IMG/VR virus record: IMGVR_UViG_3300020060_000002
Location: 1 to 58,299 of that record
Length of the DNA: 58,299 nt
Source of the DNA: a virus
Taxonomy: Duplodnaviria; Caudoviricetes
Reading direction: 5' to 3' (one strand)
The translations under genes and the position numbers were made by a program. Below are positions 44,346-51,980 of this stretch, piece after piece (the first letter of the stretch is position 1; every line of letters starts with the position of its first letter). The notes beneath the pieces were generated by a model. The model did no database searches. It was not told the origin of the DNA and saw nothing but the letters and a program-made list of their open reading frames with translations.

Positions 44346-46091
44346 ATGGACCCGAAGCGAATCGCAGAGATCATCGCCGCTCTGGCAGGCGACGACGCGG
44401 CAAGCGTGTCCAGCGAGGACATCGCCGCCGCTCTCGCAGCCATCAAGGAGCAGGCGACTGAGTTCGCGACCTCCACCCCCAGCGCCGATACGGTGGCGTC
44501 CCTGACGACGCTGCTCGACCAGCGCAACGTCCTGCTGGCAGCCCAGACCGAGCGCACGGCCGCCGGTGACACCGCCCAGGCGCACGCCGCGGCCCTCGCC
44601 GAGCTGGACGGCACGCACGACCCGAAGCGAGACGACAACCAGCCGGATGACAAGGCCGCGCCCGTGCCGCCGACCGGTGATGAGCCAGAGGGCGGCAAGG
44701 CCAAGGAGGGCGAGGACGAGAAGCCCAAGCCCAAGCGTGCCGCGCGCACCCGCCAGCTCGGTGACCTCGACCGTGATGATGTACCGGCCGAGCCGTCCAC
44801 CGCCGGCACCGTCACCACCAGGACGCTCGTTCAGGGCGGCGTGCCGGGGCACAACCCGGGCGACGCGCTCCCGAGTGCGGCGGCGCTGGCCAAGGCGTTC
44901 GTGGACAAGGCCAAGGCGCTCTCGTCCCCATCCGCCGCTGGCCGCCACGATGTGGCGCGTATCGAGTACCAGTACCCGCCAGAGCGGATCCTGGGACACA
45001 AGGCGTCGGCCGAGGCCAACACCGAGAAGATCAACGCGGCCACCTCGCCGCAGGCCATCACCGCGGCCGGCGGGTTGTGTCTACCGCTGGAGGTCCGCTA
45101 CGACATCGAGACGATCGGTGTCACCGACCGTCCAGTCAAGGGCGCGCTGTCCGCATTCCAGGTGGAGCGCGGTGGCCTCCAGTTCCGCGCCCCATTCGAC
45201 GCGCTGGCCATGGCCACGGGCCTGGGTGTGTGGACCCAGGCCGACGACATCGCCGCGGACCCGGAGGACCCGGAGACGCTCAAGTCCTGCCTGGAGGTGA
45301 CCTGTCCCGGCGTGCTGGAGGCGTCGATCTACTCGACGTACATGTGCCTCGAGTTCGCCAACATGACCGCCCGGTTTGACACCGAGTGGGTGTCGGCCAC
45401 CAACGACTCGGCGCAGGTGGCGTGGGCACGGTTCGCCGAGAACCAGCTCCTGTCCCGTCTGGCGGCCGGCTCCAAGGCGATCAACGGCATCCACCAGCTG
45501 GGCGCGGTGCGCGACATCCTGCTGAACTTCGATCGGATCATCGCCTACTACCGCAACCGTCACCGCCTGAACGATGCGGTGCCGCTGCGGACCGTCATGC
45601 CGCGGTTCGTCATCGAGATGCTTCGAAGCGACCTGGCCATGCAGATGACCAACGCCTCGCCGGGAGAGCTGTTCGCCATCGCCCAGGCCACGCTCGAGGC
45701 GTGGTTCGGTACCCGCGGCGTCAACGTCACCTGGCACCTGGACGGCCTGGCCGGCGGCACGCAGAACGGTGTGGTGTTCCCGGCGCAGACCTATGCCGAC
45801 CTGGCGGCGGGCGCGACCGTGCCGGCCTACCCGACGGCGATCGACGCACTGCTCTTCCGCGAGGGCGACTGGCTGTTCCTGGACGGCGGCACGCTCGACC
45901 TGGGCCTGGTGCGCGACTCGAATCTCAACATGCGCAACCGGTACCAGACGTTCATCGAGACCTTCGAGGGCGTGGCATTCGTCGGCAAGGAGTCCTTGCG
46001 GATCAAGCTGCCGATCGTCCCGTCCGGGGCGTCCAGCGGCACGATCGACCCGCACGCGATCGACGCCACGCTCCCCGTCGTCACCCCGTGA
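44346..46091 (+). CDS. Major capsid protein (cluster-B-type, probable hexamer, N-terminal scaffold-like region)
   Basis: AITAAGGLCLP...KSCLEVTCP...LDLGLVRDS..N.RNRYQTFIETFEGVA. Confidence 0.85.
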   Translation: MDPKRIAEIIAALAGDDAASVSSEDIAAALAAIKEQATEFATSTPSADTVASLTTLLDQRNVLLAAQTERTAAGDTAQAHAAALAELDGTHDPKRDDNQPDDKAAPVPPTGDEPEGGKAKEGEDEKPKPKRAARTRQLGDLDRDDVPAEPSTAGTVTTRTLVQGGVPGHNPGDALPSAAALAKAFVDKAKALSSPSAAGRHDVARIEYQYPPERILGHKASAEANTEKINAATSPQAITAAGGLCLPLEVRYDIETIGVTDRPVKGALSAFQVERGGLQFRAPFDALAMATGLGVWTQADDIAADPEDPETLKSCLEVTCPGVLEASIYSTYMCLEFANMTARFDTEWVSATNDSAQVAWARFAENQLLSRLAAGSKAINGIHQLGAVRDILLNFDRIIAYYRNRHRLNDAVPLRTVMPRFVIEMLRSDLAMQMTNASPGELFAIAQATLEAWFGTRGVNVTWHLDGLAGGTQNGVVFPAQTYADLAAGATVPAYPTAIDALLFREGDWLFLDGGTLDLGLVRDSNLNMRNRYQTFIETFEGVAFVGKESLRIKLPIVPSGASSGTIDPHAIDATLPVVTP

Positions 46092-46154
46092 TCGACTGGC
46101 CCGCGCCCGCCACCCGACCCGGGCGCGGGCCAACTCGGCAGGAGGTGAGTCCGG

Positions 46155-47297
46155 GTGCTGTTCACTGAGGTGTCGCCGCCGGCCAATCCGGTACAGACGA
46201 TGGCGAACCTGCTGGCGTCCGCCGTGCGCGCAGGGGACGAGGCGAGCAACCAGTGGATGGACGGCATCGCCTGGCGCTCCGAGTCGTGCCCGACCTACCA
46301 GGGGTTCAACCCGTGCACCGAGCTGGAGGCGCCGCCCGAGGTGGGCGGTGGCGAGCTGCACTACTACGTGCCGGTCGCCTATCGAGTGCTCGACGAGTGC
46401 TCGGTCATGTCCGGCACGTTCGACACCGAGCGGGTTCGGCGGCTGACCGAGGCGGTCGCGTCGTTCGCGGTCGCCCGCGAGCTGTGGACCGGCGAACTGT
46501 CCAAGCTGGACCCGTACGGCACTCCCGCTGGCGCGGGTCAGGTCAACGGCTACCTGGCGTCGGAGAGTGCGACGGTGCTCGACGATGCCGCCGACGTGTG
46601 GTCGGCCATCGCCGCGCTGGAGGCCGCCGCCGGGGATGCGGTGCGCGGGCAGCGCGTGTTCATCCACGGGTCGGTCGCCCTGATCGGCCTGGTGTCGGAC
46701 AAGCTGGAGCGGGTGGGCAACGAGCTGCGTACCCGCACCGGCGCGGTGGTGGTGGCCGACGCCGGCTATCCGGGCACTGGCCCGGCGGTGCTCGGCACGC
46801 CCGAGGTGCAGACCGTCACCATCACCGGCGCGCCCACGGGCGGCGACTGGACGCTCACCTACGACGGCGAGACCACCGCCGTGATCGCCTGGAATGCCGT
46901 GGGCGCCACGGTGGCCGCCGCGCTGAACGCCTTGCCGAACCTGGCCGGGGTCACCGCGTCGGGTCCGGCCGGTGGACCGTACGTCGTGACCTTCCCGGCC
47001 GTGGACGGCGCCGTCGTGGAGATGACCGCCGACGGGTCGGGCCTCACCGGCGGTGTCGCCCCGGACGTGGGCGTCGCCACCACCACCCCCGGTGTCGACC
47101 CCGTTCCCGCGCAGGCTGGCGAGTGGCTGTACGCCACCGGGCCGATCGCAGTCTGGCTGGGTCCGGTGGCGACCGAAACCGAGCCCGCTTCCACAGTGGA
47201 CCGGCGCACCAACACGCGGTCAGTGTGGGGCTCGCGCATGTTCGCCGCCACGTTCGACCGCTGCGCCCACTTCGCCATTCAGGTGACCGGAGAGTAA
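46155..47297 (+). CDS. Second capsid protein (probable pentamer) with inserted EVQTVTITG beta-rich domain
   Basis: Follows MCP; VARELWTG, VADAGYPGTGP, WLYATGP..VW, VDRRTN. Confidence 0.6.
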   Translation: MLFTEVSPPANPVQTMANLLASAVRAGDEASNQWMDGIAWRSESCPTYQGFNPCTELEAPPEVGGGELHYYVPVAYRVLDECSVMSGTFDTERVRRLTEAVASFAVARELWTGELSKLDPYGTPAGAGQVNGYLASESATVLDDAADVWSAIAALEAAAGDAVRGQRVFIHGSVALIGLVSDKLERVGNELRTRTGAVVVADAGYPGTGPAVLGTPEVQTVTITGAPTGGDWTLTYDGETTAVIAWNAVGATVAAALNALPNLAGVTASGPAGGPYVVTFPAVDGAVVEMTADGSGLTGGVAPDVGVATTTPGVDPVPAQAGEWLYATGPIAVWLGPVATETEPASTVDRRTNTRSVWGSRMFAATFDRCAHFAIQVTGE

Positions 47298-47307
47298 GGA
47301 CTCGATC

Positions 47308-47982
47308 ATGACTGCACCTGCGCCCTACGACGGTGCCGGCTCCCTGTTCGCCCTCGCCGTGCGCGCCACCAAGCTGGCGGCCGACGGCAGTCCGCTCGTC
47401 GGTACCTCCTCGGGCTACATCACCGACGCGCTGGTCAAGACCGACATTGGCCTGACCTACAACGAGACCGAGGCGGTGACCCAGCTCAACGGGACTGGCG
47501 TGGCGTGCGTGATGTTCCAGGCGCCCGCGTCGGTGAGTCGCGGCTCGGTCGGCGGGCTACAGATCTGCCAGCCGGACCCGGTCCTCAAGCAGTTCTTCCT
47601 GGGCGGCGACATCATCCTGTCGGAGGGCGTCACCCCGGCGCCGATCGGCTACCGGGCGCCGCTGGCGAACGTCCAGCAAAACCCGAACGGGATCTCGATC
47701 GAGTTCTGGTCGCGCGCGGTCATCGGTTCGAGCTACGCCACGGTGCTTCCCTACATCCACTGGGTGCTCCCCAAGGTCTCGTTGATCCCGGCCGGCACCT
47801 GGAGCTTGGCGGCCGACGCCGCGATGGTGCCCGAGTTCGAGGGGTACAGCGAGCAGAACACCGGGTGGGGATCCGGTCCGGAGGACGACTGGGAGTACCC
47901 GAGCGACCGTGTCTGGCAGTACGCCCGCGTTCCCACCCTGCCCGACCTCACCCGTCGGTTCATCGAGATCGAGGCGCCATGA
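47308..47982 (+). CDS. Major tail protein
   Basis: VRATKLAADG...ISIEFWSRA...YIHWVLP...WGSGP; synteny. Confidence 0.75.
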   Translation: MTAPAPYDGAGSLFALAVRATKLAADGSPLVGTSSGYITDALVKTDIGLTYNETEAVTQLNGTGVACVMFQAPASVSRGSVGGLQICQPDPVLKQFFLGGDIILSEGVTPAPIGYRAPLANVQQNPNGISIEFWSRAVIGSSYATVLPYIHWVLPKVSLIPAGTWSLAADAAMVPEFEGYSEQNTGWGSGPEDDWEYPSDRVWQYARVPTLPDLTRRFIEIEAP

Positions 47983-48230
47983 GCGAGACGCACGGACCGA
48001 CCCCCACCAGTCAGGGTGTGCGCGGGTATCGCGACCTCACCGCGAGCGAGGTGGCGCTCATCAATCAGATCAAGGCCACCGAGGAGATCGTCGCCGAGTT
48101 GTGGCACGGGGTGGCGAACCTTGACGACTCGGACCCGCGCTGGCGGGCCGTGGCGCGTACCCACTTTCAGGAGGGGTTTTCCGCGCTGGTGCGCAGCATC
48201 GCGCAGCCGCACGACCCGTTCGCCAGCTGA
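47979..48230 (+). CDS. Acb2-like cyclic oligonucleotide sponge (anti-CBASS)
   Basis: VRGYRDLTASEVALINQIK...DPRWRAVARTHFQEGFSALVRSIAQP. Confidence 0.75.
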   Translation: MSETHGPTPTSQGVRGYRDLTASEVALINQIKATEEIVAELWHGVANLDDSDPRWRAVARTHFQEGFSALVRSIAQPHDPFAS

Positions 48231-48246
48231 TCGAGGAGGTGGACCG

Positions 48247-48990
48247 TTGAGCACTCCCGGCGTGCCGGCGTCGAGCCAGGTGTGTTCGGCGTGGGCCACG
48301 GTCGACGACCTACCCGACAACAAGCCCGACCTGCCCCCGGAGCGCTGGGCCGAGCTGCTGCTCGTCGCGACCGAGATCCTGTGGGCGCTGTCGGGCCGGC
48401 GCTGGAGCGGTGACGGGAGCTGCGAGGCGACCGCCACCCTGTACGTCGAGAATCAGCGCTGCTGTGGATGGTGGCCCGGGGGGAGCCCGGTGGCCGGTTA
48501 CTACGTCCCCGCGCTGATTCCGCGCGGGGCGAGCGTGAGCCAGCAGGCGGTCAAACTTCCGCACGACGAGGTCACCGAGATCCTGACCGTGACAATCGGG
48601 GGGTTGGCGTTCGCAGCTTGGCGCCACACCGGCTCCTGGCTGCGTCGCACCGACGGGCTCGGCTGGCAGGACTGCGGCGGGCGCGACGTGGTCGTCGAGT
48701 ACCTGTGGGGGCACGCTCCCCCGGCCGGCGGGAAGCGGGCGGTGGTGCTCCTGGCGATCGAGCTGGGCAAGGACGAGGTCGGCGATTCGTCGTGCAAGCT
48801 GCCCAAGCGGGTGGTCAGCGTGACCCGCCAGGGTGTGTCCATGATGCTGATCGACCCGCAGACGTTCCTCCAGCGCGGCAAGCTCGGTATGCCGGACATC
48901 GACCAGTGGCTGGCATCGGTCAACCCCCGAGGTCTGGCTGAGCGCGGCACCGTCTGGTCGCCGGACGTTCCGCGCGCGACTCTCGGCTAG
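48247..48990 (+). CDS. Head-to-tail adaptor
   Basis: ATEILWALSGR...CKLPKRVVSVTRQGVS...IDQWLASVNP. Confidence 0.75.
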   Translation: MSTPGVPASSQVCSAWATVDDLPDNKPDLPPERWAELLLVATEILWALSGRRWSGDGSCEATATLYVENQRCCGWWPGGSPVAGYYVPALIPRGASVSQQAVKLPHDEVTEILTVTIGGLAFAAWRHTGSWLRRTDGLGWQDCGGRDVVVEYLWGHAPPAGGKRAVVLLAIELGKDEVGDSSCKLPKRVVSVTRQGVSMMLIDPQTFLQRGKLGMPDIDQWLASVNPRGLAERGTVWSPDVPRATLG

Positions 48991-49033
48991 CGACCCCGCG
49001 ATTCAGGGGGTCGCAGGCGATACGCTCCGAGCC

Positions 49034-49219
49034 ATGCTCTCCAGGCCATATGACCCATACAGCCCCCACGTGCCGGCTGTGACGCCCGCCCCCACGCCGG
49101 AGGTCGTCCCGGTCCCCGATCCGTCGCCACAGCCGCAGGCGGCCAGGCAGGCACCCAGAACCCGCCGTCGTGCACCGGCTCGCAAGCGCAAGGTCACGCC
49201 ACCCAAGGCCATCAAGTGA
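49034..49219 (+). CDS. Small Pro/Arg-rich protein
   Basis: Leaderless ATG after TACGCT; GTGA-coupled. Confidence 0.5.
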   Translation: MLSRPYDPYSPHVPAVTPAPTPEVVPVPDPSPQPQAARQAPRTRRRAPARKRKVTPPKAIK

Positions 49220-49758
49220 GCGCGCCCACCGGCCCGGTACTGCTGCTCCCCCAAGCCGAGGGGCTCCTCGCCGAGCTGGAGGCGTTCTACGCGGCCAACG
49301 GCGTGGCCCTGCCGGACCGTCGAGTCGTCGCCCCGGGCGCCCCCGGCACGATCGCGTGGGACTGCGAGCAGGTGGTGGTGGCGCTCTCGCAACTCACCAC
49401 CGGCTCGGGCTCCGGTCAGGTCAACGTGCTGCCACAGTGGGGCAGCCCGGCCGGCGTGGGCCTCATTCGCTACGCCACCTGGAGCGTGCAGGTGATTCGC
49501 TGCACGCCGCAGATGGACGACGACGGCAACGCACCGACGGCCGAGGCCCTGCTGGCAGCCGGCGTGTCCGGGCTCGCCGACGCGGGCCTGATGAGTCAGT
49601 GTTTCGTGTCGATGGCCGCCACCGCCAACGCCATCCCGCGGGACTGGATGCCCATCGGTGGGGCGATCAACGCGGGACAGGTCACCTCGCTCGGACCCGA
49701 GGGTCCGTTCCACGGATACGAGGCCGCGGTGACCTTGACGGCGATGGAGGCATCATGA
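49216..49758 (+). CDS. Putative tail terminator/connector
   Basis: IAWDC...IRCTP...LGPEG; synteny. Confidence 0.6.
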   Translation: MSAPTGPVLLLPQAEGLLAELEAFYAANGVALPDRRVVAPGAPGTIAWDCEQVVVALSQLTTGSGSGQVNVLPQWGSPAGVGLIRYATWSVQVIRCTPQMDDDGNAPTAEALLAAGVSGLADAGLMSQCFVSMAATANAIPRDWMPIGGAINAGQVTSLGPEGPFHGYEAAVTLTAMEAS

Positions 49759-50168
49759 TCACCGTGCGGGCCGGCAACGTCAACGTCAGGGCCGGCGACA
49801 TCAGAGCGCTGGAGGAGCACGAGATCGAGCCGGACCTGGATCGCCGGGCGACCGCGCTCCAGGGGGCACTGATCCGCGAGGTACCCAAGCGCACCGCTCG
49901 GCTCGCCGGCACCATCCGTAAGAATCGTGGGCGCACCGTGCTCGGGCCGCACGTGGACGTGATCGTCGGTCGAGACGGGCTCACGGACTACCTGGGGTAC
50001 ATCCTGCATGGCACGCCGCCGCACCTCATCGCGGCCATTCAGAACCGGCCGAACGCCTCGCTGCGGTACATGGCCGGCGGCACGGTGGTGTTCCGCAAGG
50101 TCGTGCGCCACCCGGGGACGACGCCTCGAAACTTCATGATCAACGCTCTCCCGGTCGCGCTAAGATAA
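49755..50168 (+). CDS. HK97 gp10-like neck protein
   Basis: PKRTARL...HGTPPHLI...VRHPGT..RNFM. Confidence 0.7.
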   Translation: MITVRAGNVNVRAGDIRALEEHEIEPDLDRRATALQGALIREVPKRTARLAGTIRKNRGRTVLGPHVDVIVGRDGLTDYLGYILHGTPPHLIAAIQNRPNASLRYMAGGTVVFRKVVRHPGTTPRNFMINALPVALR

Positions 50169-50172
50169 GTTC

Positions 50173-50649
50173 ATGGAGTGGAGAACCGTGCCCGGATTCC
50201 CGAACTACAGGATCAGCAGCGCTGGCGAAGTCTGGTCGGCGGGCTATCGCGACCGCCGCGGATGGTGGCGTAAGCCCAAGCGCATCGGTGGCGGCCGTGA
50301 TGGCTCCGGCTATCGGCAAGTAGCGCTCGTGGGGCCGGATGGCCAACGGATGCGCAAGGTGCACCTGCTGCTGTGTGAGGCATGGCACGGGTCACGGCCG
50401 GCCGGTATGCAGGCCCGCCATCAGGACGGGGATCAGCTGAACAACACGCCTGGCAATGTGACCTGGGGGACGCCGAGCGAGAACATGCGCGACCAGGTGC
50501 GGCACGGCACGCATGTCAACACCCGGAAGACGCGTTGTCCACGCGGCCATCAGCTGGCACTGCCCGCCATGGGCAAGCGGCGGCGGTGCCGCCTCTGTGA
50601 GAACGATGGCGATCGTCGTCGTTACGCCGAGCGCAAGGCCCTGCGATGA
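50173..50649 (+). CDS. NUMOD4-HNH homing endonuclease
   Basis: EWRTVPGFPNYRISSAGEV; VHLLLCEAWHG; RHQDGDQLNN..GNVTWGT..EN. Confidence 0.85.
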   Translation: MEWRTVPGFPNYRISSAGEVWSAGYRDRRGWWRKPKRIGGGRDGSGYRQVALVGPDGQRMRKVHLLLCEAWHGSRPAGMQARHQDGDQLNNTPGNVTWGTPSENMRDQVRHGTHVNTRKTRCPRGHQLALPAMGKRRRCRLCENDGDRRRYAERKALR

Positions 50650-50837
50650 TGCGCCTCCCGTTCGGCCGCCGGCTCGACTGGAAGCCCTACCGCGGCACCC
50701 GCTACGCGCGCGGTTGGATCGAGTTTCGCTCCGGCGGACAGGCGGGTTCGTGGCCGTGGCGTGAGGTCTATATCCGCGGTCGGGGCTCTCTGATCCTGTC
50801 CCGCACCCGCGCACGCAGGCGGGTGACACTGCGATGA
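50646..50837 (+). CDS. Hypothetical protein
   Basis: ATGA-coupled. Confidence 0.45.
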   Translation: MMRLPFGRRLDWKPYRGTRYARGWIEFRSGGQAGSWPWREVYIRGRGSLILSRTRARRRVTLR

Positions 50838-51055
50838 ACGAGTGGATCGGCGAGACGGGCGATACGCGACGGCCGACATGGCGGGAGCGCAGGCGTCGGC
50901 GCAAGCAGTGCTTCCACCACGAGCACGGTGGCAACCCGGCGAACACCCGGCCGGCGGTGTCCTGGATCAGGCAGCAGATCATCGAGACCGGTAAGGCCAA
51001 GATCTTTTGGTGCGACGAGAGCATGGGTGGCTGCGGCAAGTCGTGGTTCACGTGA
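50834..51055 (+). CDS. Hypothetical protein
   Basis: ATGA-coupled. Confidence 0.5.
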   Translation: MNEWIGETGDTRRPTWRERRRRRKQCFHHEHGGNPANTRPAVSWIRQQIIETGKAKIFWCDESMGGCGKSWFT

Positions 51056-51177
51056 GCCCGAGAGAGATCGCATTCCTCACGGATTGGCGCGGGTGGTTCG
51101 AGGCGGCCAAGCTCACGCTCTACCTGGTAGCGATCTACATGGGACTGACATACCTGTTGCGACGTAAGGAGAGCACG

Positions 51178-51681
51178 ATGGCAGGCAAGCGGTACGGCGG
51201 CGGCGCCAAAGCGGCCCAGCGGCTCGACCAAGCGCACCAGTGGGAGCTGGAGGTGCTGCGGTTCGACGAGGAGGAGGTGCACGAGTTCACCACCGTGCGC
51301 AAGGTCGACACCCTGCTCGCCGCCCAGTTCATGAACATCGGCGAGGACGACGCCGGCCGGCTGCTGCGCGTCATCGGGAAGCTCATCGGGAAGACGCTCG
51401 ACAACGCCGACGGCGTGCCAGTGCAGTGGGCCGCGGTGGCGCTGCCGAAACCCAAGAACGCCAAGGCCGGCTACGAGCCCAAGTTCCGTGGTCCGGACGG
51501 CAAGCTGTACCCGATGGACCAGGCCGTCAAGTTCGAGGAGATCGGTCAGGGCTCGAGCCGGCGACGCTGGGAGGCGCTACTCGTGGACGAGGACGCCACC
51601 ACCGCGCTGGACTCCCTCGCCGAGATCACCAAGGACCTGATCGAGGTGTCCACCGGCGGCCGCCCTACGGTCGGGTCGTAG
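51178..51681 (+). CDS. Tail assembly chaperone
   Basis: AAGGAG RBS; upstream of tape measure; ends GRPTVGS. Confidence 0.7.
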   Translation: MAGKRYGGGAKAAQRLDQAHQWELEVLRFDEEEVHEFTTVRKVDTLLAAQFMNIGEDDAGRLLRVIGKLIGKTLDNADGVPVQWAAVALPKPKNAKAGYEPKFRGPDGKLYPMDQAVKFEEIGQGSSRRRWEALLVDEDATTALDSLAEITKDLIEVSTGGRPTVGS

Positions 51682-51965
51682 CCATCGTCTCTACGATCCG
51701 ACACCCCCTCTACGGGCCGTGGATTCGCGGCCAGATGGCGCTGCACGGCATCGATACGCGGATGCCGCTCGCCGACTGGGTGGACATCATCCATGCCACG
51801 CTCGCGAGCGCGCCACACGAGGTGTTGACCAAGCTCAACGAGCAGTTCGTCATCAATGCCGTCCTGGCCGACCCGGAGGGTGCGCGCGCGACGTGGGGCG
51901 CACTGCCTGAGCACCAGCTCAAGCAGTCGGCCGAAGCGAGGTTCGCGGACGCCGAGCAGGGGTGA
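51663..51965 (+). CDS. Tail assembly chaperone, -1 frameshift extension
   Basis: Open -1 frame from CGCCCTAC to just before the TMP RBS. Confidence 0.55.
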   Translation, partial: PYGRVVAIVSTIRHPLYGPWIRGQMALHGIDTRMPLADWVDIIHATLASAPHEVLTKLNEQFVINAVLADPEGARATWGALPEHQLKQSAEARFADAEQG

Positions 51966-51980
51966 CGAGGAGGGCGGCCA

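Noticed and set aside
45081-46667. Long antisense or alternate-frame ORFs (this one and many others in the track)
   Set aside because: Shadow ORFs expected at high GC; they have Arg/Gly/Pro-rich composition and overlap well-supported genes.
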